A stretch of DNA of 64,000 bases. It comes from Antedon mediterranea. Its lineage: Eukaryota > Animalia > Echinodermata. Of the stretch, positions 27,719 through 41,155 are shown in pieces (the stretch's first letter is position 1; each line of letters begins with the position of its first letter). The notes beneath the pieces are model-generated. The model had not been told where the DNA came from, searched no databases, and saw only the letters and a list, made by a program, of their open reading frames with translations. The stretch lies in NCBI RefSeq assembly GCF_964355755.1, contig NC_092672.1, forward strand, positions 23,015,237 to 23,079,236, written 5' to 3'. The position numbers were made by a program, and so were the translations under genes.

Positions 27719-29370
27719 ATGGAGGGCGACATTCAAGTTTATCTAAATTTTTTGCACAATAAAAAGAAGTTTGCTATTCATTTTGTATAACAAACACATG
27801 GAATATTTTAAAACACATTTTTTTTCTATTGTTCACTAATCGTTGTATACTTTATTGTTTTATAGCATTGCTATGTTTTAATATTGTTGGTGTTCCACTT
27901 AGTGCTTTTTGACAATTAGGCTTAAATATAGTTGTTACTGTGTGCAAAACAATATCAGTTTTTTGTGGCAACAGTGTACAGTTATATGCTCTAATTTAAA
28001 ATATAATCTTTAATGTGTATTATTATCAATACATAATGCTATACATTTTGTTTTTTCACGCTATGGTCATAAATTTCCATTTGAAACACTTAAAAACATT
28101 GAAAACAATAGTGCCTTGACCATTTTATTAAATTAATATACATTTTTTTAAACAGTATTTTAATCAATAGTTGAAGGTGTATTGTCCTCAAAATCATGAA
28201 AAATGAAGATTAATTACCGTAAATCAGATTTTAAATATGTTATTTTGTAGGGTTTTAATAAAGGTAATCACTTCCGTAGAAAAAAAATGAAAAATAAAAA
28301 TGTTTTCACTTATAAAATGACAAATAAATGGTTAAATATAACCAAAAACCAAAAACTGACAGTCACATTGAACATTTTTTCATTAAAATATTTAATTTGA
28401 ATTTTTTTCAGGTAAATACATTTTTTAGGATCAAATTGTTGGTCAAAATGGATAACTATTATGTTACATTCAAATGGCACATTCAACAAAAATGTTATCT
28501 AATTTAGATACTGCGGGGCCCCAGCCTTCTTTCTCCTCTCACCACCCCAGCCACAATCAACAAACCTTAACTCTTCCCCTAGACAGTTCAAATATAGTAA
28601 CTTTTCCTAGTACAATTCCAAGCATATAGGCTACTTCATCATGGAGGGCGACATTTAAGTTTATCTAAATTGTGTGCACAATAAAAAGAAGTTTGCTATT
28701 CATTTTGTATAACAAACACATGGAATATTTTAAAACACATTTTGTTTTTATTGTTCACTAATCGTTGTATACTTTATTGTTTTATAGCATTGCTATGTTT
28801 TAATATTGTTGGTGTTCCACTTAGTGCTTTTTGACAATTAGGCTTAAATATAGTTGTTACTGTGTGCAAAACAATATCAGTTTTTTGTGGCAACAGTGTA
28901 CAGTTATATGCTCTAATTTAAAATATAATCTTTAATGTGTATTATTATCAATACATAATGCTATACATTATGTTTTTCACGCTATGGTCATAAATTTCCA
29001 TTTGAAATACTTTATAAAAATCTACAAAAACAATAGTGCCTTGACCATTATTAAATTAATGTTATTTTTTTAAACAGTATTTAATCAAAAGGTGTATTGT
29101 CTCGAAAAATGAAGATTAATTAAATCAGATTTTGAATATGTTATTTTGTAGGGTTTTAATAAAGTTACTATAATCACTTCCGTAGAAAAAAAAAATGTTT
29201 TCACTTATAAAATGAAAAATAAATGGTTAAATTCAACCAAAAACCCATTAGCTGGCAGCCAATTTGAACATTTTTTCATTGAAATATTTAATTAAAAATT
29301 TTTTCAGGTAAATACATTTTTTTTTGGATCAAATTTTTGGTAAAAATGGCAACAAAAATGTTGTTAAGAA
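27719..29370. repeat. Tandem duplication, ~920-bp period
   Basis: atggagggcgacatt(c/t)aagtttatctaaatt... starts at ~27719 and ~28641. The first ~370 bp are nearly identical and the remainder is more diverged. Confidence 0.9.
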
Positions 29371-31567
29371 TAATTTTTTTTTTTCAGGGGGACATTGCAT
29401 TTTTAACAAAAAAACACTTAAAATTTCACAAACCTTCAATTGTTCTTACATATGATTTTGTATTTTAAAAGTGCAATTTTCACAAATTTGTTTTTTAGAC
29501 AAGTCACTTAATAAATGCCCTCATGATCCCTGTGTATTATAATGATCAAAGATGCTAGTTGTACTGAATATTTTAGTAATGACATGTTTTATTCATCATT
29601 TTTAGTAATGCATTTTGCCATCTCTCTTTTATTGTCAACACACTCCCAACTCCGTCCACCACCTCCTCATCATTAAATAGTAACGAGCAATGATATTAAA
29701 GGATGTAATATAAACCCATATTAGACCCATTTTTAGTTTGTGATTATTTTTTCAATAATACAATACAAGGGCCTATACATTTTATATTACACAGTGCCCT
29801 CATACTCACTTATGGCTGGAAATTAAAAGTATGATAGTATATGTGACCTGATTTTAGTCTAGGTGACAAAGCTATTGAGTCTTCATTATGTTAACCTTTA
29901 AATATTTGAATTAATACTAAAGATTTCTTAAAACAATAATTACATTGCAAATGAAAAAGATGCTGATACCCAGATTATTTTTCTAAATTTCAGGCCTTCT
30001 ATCGGATGGTTTAATAGCACCCTCTATAATTGTTTGGCGACTTTTTCAATTTCATTTTCTAACTTGATACAACTAATTTCAACATTTGCTCTTCTAGTTC
30101 CTTTTTAATTTTATCTGAATTGTTCACATTCCTCAAATGCATCATGTTCAAAGGAGAAAGTTTGTTTATAATTATACATTTTTCCCATTGCATGCATCTA
30201 TACATACAGGGTATCAAAATGACCCGATTGTACTAGGAAATTCTACAGTTAATCTAGTAATCATTGGGTGGATTACTGTAATTTGGTTATTAAAATCACT
30301 TTGGTTTTGAAGTTTCTTGTTGGTATAACAACTACAACTAATGCAGCTCCTCCATTGTATCTGTCTCAGAATATCCTTGTATAATCAATCTTCTTCAAAC
30401 TTTTTTTTATCATTACATCAGTAATGCTAATTTTAATACAATTTTAATATTATTGAATGCTTTTCATGTTGGCAACAAAGGAAAGCTTAAAAATCGTCTA
30501 CGGTAAATATTTGGCGCATGCTCATTAAACACCAAAGATCTAATCAAGTTTTTCTTTTGGATGATCACTCTTTCTTTTTGCTTGCTCATTAGCTATTTCT
30601 GTTAGCAATTGTGCACTATTATATCATTATATTTCCATACCTTCATTCCTATCAATCAATCCTTCTGGTTGCTATGTTTCATTAGTTGAAATGAAGAAAG
30701 ACCACAAAGACAGAGACATTCAAAATGCACATGCTCAAAATTTAGGCAGTAACACCTATTAAGAAATAATCTTTTGGTTCACATACATTTACTTACTGTC
30801 AATCGATAGTATTATCAGCATTCATGATACTGTGGCTATTAGTCCAGTCAAAAATCACCCTCACCATGGTATAAGAATGTACCTTAATAACATTTCATCC
30901 GTAGGTCCTACTGTATGTATATTGGTAATAACATTTCTTGATGTTGCGTCTTGCAAAACTTGTGATTTTAAGAGAAAATTATAGTTTTATACCCAATTTA
31001 TAACCGCCTCATGTCGTATTATTGTGTACAGCGAATGCGACGAAGCGTGACTGAAATTTCGATTAACAAAGCTATTTGAAAAAAAATAATAGTTTATACA
31101 ATAATTTAAGTATAGTTTACAATAAATTAAGTAATAAAATACATAACATATAAAGAAAACCCAAGTATAAACTAAAATATTTACAGATATGTGTTTAAAA
31201 ATGTACAAATAAAAATGGCCTTCCATAAAATAAAGTGCGCCCTCACTCGTCCTTCTTTTATTGGACTTGTATGGATTTTGTTAGTTATTGCCAATTCTCC
31301 TTTTTTTTTAAGACGTGACTTAATATATACAAATAAAGTTTGTTGGTGGAGACTAGTCCTACAATGATAATTATTATTGGACATTTTATACACAAAAGCA
31401 TCTCATAAATGATCGGTTCACCTCCACGGCCTGAAAGTTCTCACTTGGGACGAGAAAGTAAAGCCCAGAACAAAAGTTGTATATGCATTTATTTTAAATA
31501 TTGTTAGAACACAGTAGTTTAATATGTTGACTTATTCAAATGCTTATAAATGACGTTTTAAACTTAA

Positions 31568-32193
31568 AAGATGTATTGTCCCCAAAAGTGAAGATGGAAA
31601 TTAATTAATTAAATTAAATGTAAAATAATAACACAGTTATCCGTCAGACATCTTCGAACTTATATAAAGAATCTTCGGGGCAGGATTACATTTTCTAAAA
31701 CACGAAATTGTTCATACGATACGGATGCCAAAAATAGACAATTCAAAGAAACTCAAATAAAACTAACAATCACAAGGATTACTTTGTTGCGGATAACCAA
31801 TGAGAAAATATTTCAGACGACTTTATTCATTTCATCTTTATTATCGTATACGCGAAATGTCATTTAAATGATTCTTACTCAAATTAACATTGACTATAAT
31901 CGCGAATATGCAATGCATTGTGAAATGTGATATCCACGCAAGTAATGCTGTGAAAAAAAAAAGAATGTCCAAAATAAAACCAGATAATTAGGAAATCATT
32001 ACGTGTTTAGCAGATATACAATATGCACTTAATTCATCATGATGGTATACTGGAGGTTGTGTTTAAATATATACAATCTTTTTTTTCCATGATAAAAAAT
32101 AGAAATATATTTGTGAAAATATAATATTCTGCCTCTTGCGTAAAAAAAAAGAGGCAATAACTAACAAAATCCATATAGCAGGGTAACTTTCCT
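31568..32193. mobile_element. Possible Kolobok-like non-autonomous element
   Basis: TTAA at both ends with weak TIRs (AGATGTATTGTCCC / GGGTAACTTTCCT). The same end motif recurs at ~28173, ~29090 and, inverted, at 60668-60685. Confidence 0.35.
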
Positions 32194-32399
32194 TTAACAT
32201 AATATTAGGAACCACTGAAAAAAAGTATATAAAACATATACTGTATCAAACTTGGCTCAATAACCACTGGACTATTAGTAAACCGACAAAAGACCATTTG
32301 ACTGACAATTATGGCGTTAGCATCCACAACAATACATGGAGGTGATTATCAACTTTACTTTTATGAAATTATTTATCTGGAAACAAACACTTATAATGG

Positions 32400-32704
32400 T
32401 ACAGAGATCTGTTGGAAGTGAAAAACTGGCGTAAAAGCACCGGCGGCAACAAGATGTCTGTGTTCAACGACACGGCGGACACGTTAGCAGATGGGCCATC
32501 CTCATAAGAAGGATTTAATATCCAAACAAAATTGAAGGGGTCGTCGTATAAAGCGGCGAAAGACCGAGTAAATAAATCTGGAGCCGGTGCAAGTACGGGA
32601 TTTGAACATTTTTCTGCCATAAATGATATTTTAGGTCATAGACCAAATATAAACCCAAACCCCAAAACCATCGGCTGGTTGGTATGCCTGACAACCAATC
32701 GATA
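32400..32704 (+). pseudogene. Decayed Myb/SANT-like (trihelix) DNA-binding domain, probably PIF/Harbinger ORF1
   Basis: In-frame ...ADGPSS*EGFNIQTKLKGSSYKAAKDRVNKSGAGASTGFEHFSAINDILGHRPNINP matches the Myb/SANT-like C-terminal motif K.K.L...YK..KD....SG......F..LD.ILG.RP...P. It has an internal stop and no ATG, so it is not in the ORF track. Confidence 0.7.
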
Positions 32705-33381
32705 ATGCCGAGCCCAAGTGTTCGGTCTAGGCCTGTAACTCCTAAACCAACCACTACTAGGCCTACTTTTAATAACAACGAAGGTAGGTCTATCTAGATT
32801 AAAATGATATATCTATGCTGAAATGAAAGGTAGTGAAGATTATTTTTGATAGATTGGCTCTTCTTACCTAAAATTTAAAACCAGAAATTTGCCATTTCAT
32901 TGTCAGCAACAATGCTGTCAACATCCAGAGCCAGGTATACATCAATTTGTTTTCCTTTGTAATGAATTTGATAATACAAACCGAAAATTACTTGACACTA
33001 ATTCAAGTGCATCAATACTAATTTGTTTTTAAGATCTTTTATAATTGTTCTCTAATTGCATATTTTCAGTTAACATTCACACTGATTGTTAAAAGCATCA
33101 TATTTGTTTCACTTCTTGAGCATTTTTTAGTGTTAAAAAGTATATTGTGTGTTTATATCTTATCTTAGCTGTCTGTTAGATGGTTTGTCAATATAATTTA
33201 GTACATTAGTCTTTCAGTACAATTTGCTTAGACAATTTGATTGGCTAATACCCGATTTGAATAATGGCTTGGTAACCCAATCCCCTGTAATTGTAATTAA
33301 TTTCAGAATCTGAACAATGGTATAATTATTCATCTGTTGAACAAATAACTAAACAAACTTCATAAGAAATATATACATCAC

Positions 33382-33970
33382 TGAAAGAAAAATACAAGGC
33401 ACAAAGGCAGTGAAAAAAAGGATGAACAGGTTTCAAACACTTCTATCCACTTTGGACCCCTTGTACAAATAACAAAACATAAAAACACAAACATTTAGGA
33501 TATAAAAATAGCTGAAATGGTTCTATTTTCAGTTTCATGTATAAAGCACACAGATGCAACATGCCAACATTTAAGACCTAGCCACAACAAGCATAATGGA
33601 GGTACACACCTAATTGGTGACAGTGGCTAAGGCTGCTTTTGTGCTTTCCTACATTGTCATTCATGCTTATATTAACAAATAATGCCTATTTTTTCTCTCT
33701 CTCTTTTGAATATAGATTACTTTTTAAAGGATTTTTGTTATATGAACAAATTTCACACAGCAGTTTCATTTATTAAACTTTATCAATGAAAGAAAAATAC
33801 AAGGCACAAGGCAGTGAAAAAAGTGATGAACAGGTGTCAAACACTTCTATCCACATTGGACCCCTTGTACAAATAACAAAACATAAAAACACAAACATTT
33901 AAGATATTAAAATAGCTGAAATGATTCTATTTTAAGTTCATATATAAATCATGCAACATGCCATCATTTA
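33382..33970. repeat. Direct repeat, ~190 bp, two copies
   Basis: tgaaagaaaaatacaaggcacaa(a)ggcagtgaaaaaa...atgcaacatgcca at ~33382-33572 and ~33787-33970. Confidence 0.85.
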
Positions 33971-34029
33971 CAAAATAAAATAATAATAGATCCATATTTT
34001 TGTATAATTATTGTAATATTGTTTTATTA

Positions 34030-34174
34030 TGTTGGGGACCCCTTTGGAAACAAGCCTCTGGGCTTATAGGGCCATCCCCTGCTTTCCATGCTTTTTATTT
34101 CATTTACATTATACTGTTTTATATATTTGTACTGTATTTGGAAAGCAATAAATATTACTTACTTACTTACTTAC
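34030..34174 (+). mobile_element. LINE 3' end fragment (CR1/Crack group) with (TTAC)n tail
   Basis: ggacccctttggaaacaagcc...ggcttatagggccatcc resembles the 3' UTR of the element at 62000-62160 on the minus strand (ggacctcattggaaacaagtcc...ggacttttatgagttatcc). Followed by AATAAA and tandem TTAC. Confidence 0.6.
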
Positions 34175-34339
34175 AACCTGGATTTCACACAGCAGTTTGA
34201 AACAAACAATTCAATTTTCCATTTATAAAATGTACCATAACATTAACAAATTGACAAAACCTAACCATAAAAAAAAAGAGCCTAAAACATTGTAGAACAC
34301 TGGAGGCCTTTTGCTACCCCCTCCACCACCAGTTCCTGT

Positions 34340-34560
34340 GGCTGATTGTTCAAACTTTATATGATCATTTATATGATCTTCCCAACATAGGTATGATGCT
34401 ATTTTGACACCAAGATTAGTTTGTGTTTTCTCAAAGATACAACCATTCTTCTGATAAAAAAATGTGATGAGATGTTTATCATGTGATATAGAAATAATTT
34501 GAAAATTAATTTCCCATGTTACTCCATTGAATAAGAACCTCTGAGGCAAATGACAGTCAT
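34340..34560 (-). mobile_element. Decayed CR1-group RT (thumb region) fragment
   Basis: ORF 34223-34624 contains WEINF...NLGVKIASYLCWEDHI, resembling the W...FN...LGV.I...L.W..HI motif. Confidence 0.5.
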
Positions 34561-35110
34561 CAATGTTAATGATTGACTTGTAACATTCTATCAATGTCCA
34601 TCTGAGGCAAATGACAGTCATCAATAGTAATGATTAACTTGTAACATTTTCCCTATTTAAAATATACGTCATGAACCAATCATGCAAATTAATTTAGATA
34701 TTGACACAAACTACTTGTAGTAGTTATCAACATATTGGTACACTACCCACTGATTCTTGAGGCTGACATCAAACCCTATCGGCTCAAGCTCTGTGTTGTA
34801 TACAGATTTAACCACCAGACTAGTGACTGTTTTATTACTACAGTATTACTATTTTATTATTGTATTCAATTATTCAAGACCCAACAGTTTATCAAAACAC
34901 CAATACAGGATCAAAATAAAAGTACAATATAACATATTTCCATGATAAAAATATTAACATAATTAAAAAACTATTTATTAAACATTAACAATTCAACAGA
35001 TTTAGTTATTCAAGTTATTTAAAATGACATTAAATGCTGTATAAGTATTAATGTGTAAGTATTACAACTAAAAATATCAATGTTAGGAAAAATTTAATTA
35101 GATCATTATA

Positions 35111-35302
35111 AAGCTCTGTTTACACTATTAAACTTTATGTGACAAAAAAATGTGATTTGCCCATATATGGACAAAATGATGCCATATCACCACCATATTT
35201 GGGCAAATCACCACCATATTTGGGCAAATCACCACCATATTTGGGCACATCACACATTTTTTTGTAAATCTAGTCTAGTGATAGTGTAGACATACAGTAG
35301 CT
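35111..35302. mobile_element. MITE with internal 21-bp tandem repeats
   Basis: Imperfect TIRs AGCTCTGTTTACACTAT / ATAGTGTAGACATA...AGCT; caccaccatatttgggca(a/c)at occurs three times. Confidence 0.6.
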
Positions 35303-36319
35303 GAAGTTGAGCAACATGACAGAAAGAACTGTTTTTACTATATAACAGGCACATGAACATGAGTTTTAAACCGCCTGATTATATACTGAAATTTGATTAA
35401 TTAATTTGAAACAATAAAGATGAGGAAACATAAGAATATTTAAATTACAAATAAATTGACATTTAGTCCTTATGACACTCAAATCTTAAAACATTAATCC
35501 TCTTAACATTTTAAAAATTCTATAAGAATAATATTTAATATAATGTTGTTTTACTCTACTATCACTTTGTTCTATATTTATTTTACTGCATGTTTGTGTG
35601 TTTGTCTTTCTTATTCTGAAATATTTAAAGGAAAATAGACAGATGAAGTCATTCCGTATGTTTAAAACACCATATATACATAGAATGCATTCATTCTTGG
35701 CATTATTTTTAATTCGTTTTGGGGAATAAGAAAAATGTACATTCTTATCTGCTCGATCGGTTGAACTATTATTATTGTACTGCATGTTTGTGTCTTTGTT
35801 GTGTGTTTGAAATTTAGTTTTGAAATATATGAGAAACCCTTTCAGATTCTGAAATATTTAAAGTTATTATAGAAATTGATACCAAGAACTATGTTTATCC
35901 TCTTTCTTTTAGAGATTCAAGAGGGATTTTGTGGATTCATTTATTTCAAGATGGATATTTTCAATAATCCTCATTATGGGATAATTTTAAAAATATGTTA
36001 GCACTGTTATAAAGACAAACCAATTTCACAAGAAGAAAGAAAATTCATACTAATTGTGATAATATAATAAGACACACTATCACTCTAATAAATTAATAAA
36101 TAGTAAACTTAATCAACAAATTAAACTTATTATAAATGATGGCAAATAATCACAATAAAGCTTAAAAAATGCTCATTTAACTGGCACATAATTAGTATGT
36201 TATGTTCAGGCCTAATTTGTCAAATTTTTTCTTAAGTACTTGACTACAGTCGGTAGTATAATAGCAATAATACTTGTTATTCTTTCAATGATTATTATTA
36301 TTTTTTTTTTGGACCATAT

Positions 36320-36490
36320 TTAATGAGGGTGATCCATCCAGCAATTGCATATCATTAGGGACCCTCAGAGGTTCACAAGACAAACATATACACAAGATAC
36401 TCTACATAAACAAAGTCTTATTACAAGTCTTTGGGAGTGGGATTGTAATTTTTTCCTGACATGTGACAGGACTTGAACCCAGGATCCTTA
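36320..36490 (-). mobile_element. 5'-truncated tRNA-type SINE fragment
   Basis: Reverse strand has B-box-like GGGTTCAAGTCC, a body shared with 15020-15140, and an A-rich tail. Confidence 0.55.
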
Positions 36491-37268
36491 ATTATGATAA
36501 CATACTGTCTGTTATTATTTCATAGATCCTAAATGTATCAAAGCAATGCTGAAAATTAGTATTATACAATGTTTGTTATAAAAGACATTAAGTTTTAATT
36601 GATTAATTTTATTGATTACAAATTTTTTATTTGATTTATATTTTTTGCACGACAAAATAATATGAAAGAAAATATATACTAAATAATTGTGAATAAAAAT
36701 TGAGGTTATGATTACACTGTCAACAAAATTAAAATGCCTACACACAAAACACACACAATAAACAGTAGGCCTAAATGATTATCAACAAGCTATTACAAGT
36801 TGGAGTGGTACAATTGAATATTAACAGCTACCAACACAATTTGAAATTTAAAATAAATTGTCTAGTTTTATAATTGCACTGTAAAATAATCCTATAAATG
36901 AAATTGTTTAAAACATGTAGGATACCTTTTATTTTCACAATAGTTTTGCATTAAAATAAAATTGATTATAGATGATATAGTTAGTATACTGTTATCTGTT
37001 TAATATTTCAGAATATAAATACCTTGATCATGAGCATAAGAATAGTTTACAAAAAAACAATACATTTTACAATGCTTTGTAGAAATAATAATTTAAAATT
37101 GATTGTTGTTTTTAGAAAAATTATTTTCAACATTGAAAAAAATATTAACTTTATTAAATTAAGGATATTTATAAGATTATTAATATTAGTCATTTTTTTG
37201 TGTTCGATATTAAGGAATATGATGTACATGTTTTGTAACTGTTGTTTATTATTTAATATTTTCAATAG

Positions 37269-37367
37269 GATGGCAGGACAGCATTAATGTATGCTGCTAA
37301 TGCAGGTAATACAACCATCTGCCAACTGATCTTAGATGGTGGAGCTGATGTCAATATGCAGGATAAG
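37269..37367 (+). CDS. Ankyrin-repeat exon (one 33-aa repeat, phase 0-0)
   Basis: Acceptor ttttcaatag, 99 bp translating DGRTALMYAANAGNTTICQLILDGGADVNMQDK, donor GTAAGTCATA. Confidence 0.93.
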
Positions 37368-38073
37368 GTAAGTCATACACACAGTTTATAACATTAATTT
37401 AACCTTCAGTGAAACAAATCAATAAATTGAAACTATTGTTTTTAGAATTTAGATGACTACCAGTACTATAAGACTTTAGGAAAATCATAGATATTATATA
37501 ATATCTCTATGGGAAGATTAATTTAGTTGACAATACACTACTGTAGTATCCATGTTATTATACTATTGTAGTTATATTATAATAATACCAATTCTCATAA
37601 CAAACATATTTTAAATATCTTGTACATTCTTAAAATGAATAGAATAACACAATACTGGTGTGTGAGGTCAATATAGAAATGATGAATATATAATAAGTTA
37701 TAAACACATGCGTAATAACGTATTTTCTTCTTTTTTTACAAATTCTCATACTATTCTGATTAAATTTGCAATTAAATTTTTTTATTAAGAACATGTATAC
37801 TTCAAGTTACTTGTTTACACACTGTTATACCATAACATTAATATGTGTATTCAATAATATGTTATACACATTTATTTTCCATAATTCATTGCCGAATGTG
37901 CTTTAGAAATAAAGTGTGAAATGAATTTTACAGCACAGTTTTTAAATATTTTTGCTATTGATTATTAATTTAACTACTGTACTGTAAATAAAAAATGCTG
38001 ATAGCATACACCTCAATCATCAAAGTAAAGTTAAATGGTATTATATTCAGTATGTTTTTATAAATTGATAACA

Positions 38074-39527
38074 CTAGAGGGTGAGCTCGCCTCGCTCGCT
38101 CCCCCTCTAGGAAGTGTAGACGATGGTTCTCGGATTGATAATGTTCTCCTTATACGTTTTCTGTCGCTTTACCATTATTGAAAATGCTTGACATTCGTAA
38201 AACTAAACTACTTTGTTTCACAGTGTTTTAGATGAAGTGTAGACGATGGTTCTCGGAATGATAATGTTCTCCTTATACGTTTTCTGTCGGTTACCATTAT
38301 TGAAAATGCTTGACATTCGTAAAACTAAACTACTTTGTTTAACAGTGTTTTAGATGATTAATAACATTTTAAAGTACAGTTTTTATTGTTTGGTAGGGCC
38401 CTTTGGGGAGGCGGAGGTCATTTGAGGGAGGTGCTTATTCGAGGGATATATGTTAAATTTTGTAGTTTTAATAATATGGTAACATTTATAATAAAATGAA
38501 ATCCTCTAATAGATATGAAAAGTGCTAAAAAAGAATAACAAATGCTTGGTAAATTGTAGATAACAGTGCGGTGAATTCTACTACAAATAGTATAATTGTG
38601 TTGTTATAAATATGTGGATGGACGTTTATTAGATAGTTGGGTTGGTGGGGGGGGGGGGGTTATTATTCAAAGTGATGTTTTATTGGAGAGGCGTTTATTC
38701 AAATGAATACCATCCTAATAATTATTAATACATTATTTAATTTAATCATCTTTTGAAACTAAATGCTGTGACAGAGTGGGCCCAAGAAAGAAGACATTAC
38801 GGCTTGCAACATGGGCAGACATCTCGGTCCTAACGGGACACAGGAAGATAGCCTACAGTTATTCCTGCAAGCTTTACTCAATAAAACTCAGCTATCGGGA
38901 TTTCACTCGAAAAATGTCTTATCATCAAATCTCCCTATGTAATTTTATAATACTATTCCCCACAATATATTCTGATTCTTTATGACGTATATTTAATTTG
39001 ATCTTTATTAATTTGCAGTATAATTTAACTACTGTACCTTCACACACGCGTGGTATGTTTTAAAATAAACAAAAAACTGAAATGGCTATGACTCCTACTA
39101 TCTGATTGTTTTTTCGTCTTCCAAAGGGACACTGTATTGATTGATGGAAAGTGCCTGTTTCCAGTCACCTTTAGGGTCAAATCTATTATTTTAACTGCTC
39201 CCTTGATTTTAAAAGAGAGAAAATATTTGAAACCAGGTCGTTGCAAGGTGAACTTATCTTAAACCCGGAAATTACTTTGACCGGGAAGAATTGAAATTGA
39301 GAGGAAAATCTAATGTTGAAATCATAAATGTTGTTAAAAAACTCTTTATAATATCTTCCTAAGATATAAATATGGAACAATAGCGTCGGCGTGAACACTA
39401 ATGTTATCAAATCTACGTTTCGCGGTACATCTCGGATAGATAAGGTAGGTATCCAAGGCGGAGATTTGTACCGAAGTTTTTGCATTGTGCTCGCCTATGT
39501 CAGAATTAACCATAATTTATATATAGA
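38074..39527 (-). mobile_element. Non-autonomous Helitron
   Basis: On the minus strand: flank A | TCTATATA... ending in GC-rich hairpin GAGGGGGAGC...GCTCACCCTC and CTAG | T. This is the canonical 5'-TC, 3'-hairpin-CTRR structure inserted in AT without a TSD. It contains a ~123-bp tandem duplication at 38112-38356. Confidence 0.85.
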
Positions 39528-41065
39528 TTCAATAAAATACTCATAACACTTTTCATAGCATAAACTTCTTTTGAACATTAACTTATTTTAGTATGAGGCA
39601 AGTTAGATGATTTGTCAAGTTGTATTTTTTTTAAATAGCACTAATAATAGTTGATATGATATGAGTTTAAAAAACAAATTAAGTTGTCTATCATCAACCC
39701 TCACCTTAATTCCTTTGCTCTTTATATTTTGAGGATATTTCTAGATTAAAATGATATACCTATGCTGAAAAGTTGTAAGGATTACTTTTGGTAGAAGGGC
39801 TCTTCTTACCTAAAATTAGAGCAAATACATAAGCCCATAACACCATAATAATATTATGACAAAATATATATTACATATACACACACATATATTATACAAA
39901 ATTTCATATTTTTGGTGGTATATTGTTCTGTATAATTTTGAATATCCTAAGTTGTTTAAATTTAACCAATGGCAGCATATCATAGTTAAAATTATTTGGG
40001 TTGCTCTTACAGCCTTGTGTTAAATGTTAGTTGGAACCATTGTTATAATTTTAAATCTTTTGGTTTAGGAACCAAATTCAAGCCTATTAAATTCCATTGA
40101 TTTGCTACTCATATATTTTTGTCATTTTTTGGTTAAATTTAGCTATTTTAGGGCTTTCAACAATCTACAACATTTACATTTTTATTGACTAATTAAAATA
40201 CAATATCTAGCTATTTGTTGGTTTTCAACAATCTACAACATTCTTTTTTTATGGGCTAATTAAAATAATACAGTATCTAGCTATTATTTGGATTTTCAAC
40301 ATCTACAGTATTCTAGCTAATTTTGGGTTATTTAAAACTAATTGTAAATTGCTAAAAGGCCACATAACAAACAAAACTTGTTTAACATCCCCTGCCCTCC
40401 TAGATGTTTGGCTTTCTTTCCTCTGGTGTAATTTTTGTTGTGTTTAACAGTTTATGAGAAAAAATTGCTTTACTTGAATGAAACAGTATTGTTATAATCA
40501 AGAAATTGCAAATGAAAAGGCAATTAAATTAGTTCAACAATACATTGATAAAGATGCACACAAGTATAGCTAACAATTCTTGCGTAAGCTACATTTAAAT
40601 TTCTAATTTTTTTTTAATGAAATTGAGATTTTTTTTTCACACTTAATGTAAATTAATTCAAATAACCCACAAAATTTTAGATGATACAATCTGTTTCATA
40701 TTTCAGAATTTAAATATACCTTATATTTTGGTGCACAAAATGCCATAAGTAAGAAGCAATTTTTTTATTAACCGATAGAAGCATAATGTATATTTTCAAA
40801 TGTAAAACAAATCGGAATAGCTCACACAAAACAACAAATTGTACATGCTTTATAAAACAATATTAAAAAATGTATTGTTTCGAAAATTAACTGAAGACAT
40901 TGTTGTGGGAAAATAGGACAAGTAGATCAAAATGCAAGATAAACATTTATTATTCAATAAGGATGTTGTATAAAACTATAAGATATTTAATCATTTTGTT
41001 TTACTACGTATTAACATGATGTAAGTATGTTTTGTAATATTGTTAATGTTTAATATATTCAATAG

Positions 41066-41155
41066 AATGGTCATACAGCATCACATGTTGCTGCTCAAGT
41101 GGGCAGTACTGAAATCTGCAATCAGATTTGCCTGCATGGCGCAAAATGTTCAAAA
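41066..41155 (+). pseudogene. Decayed ankyrin exon (donor site lost, shortened)
   Basis: Acceptor ttcaatag, then NGHTASHVAAQVGSTEICNQICLHGAKCSK followed by TAA. The shared donor GTAAGTCATA reads ATAAGTCATA here and about 9-10 bp are missing. Intron flanks resemble those of exon 37269-37367. Confidence 0.75.

Larger units (their letters stand above)
18350..30470 (+). repeat. Copy A of a large intragenic duplication (paralog ~44275-57500)
   Basis: Collinear matching blocks: 18350-18500/44275-44420, 19270-19330/44610-44670, 19385-20288/46046-46950, 22855-23770/46957-48700, 29835-29870/52872-52912, 30124-30235/52916-53095, 30245-30470/57260-57500. Confidence 0.85.

Noticed and set aside
32860-33370. 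Highly decayed minus-strand LINE linker fragment
   Set aside because: Only faint motif traces with many stops and frameshifts; the boundaries cannot be supported.
35486-37287. Hydrophobic or Ile/Lys/Asn-rich short ORFs here and across the window
   Set aside because: Their composition follows from AT-rich intron DNA; no domains or splice support.
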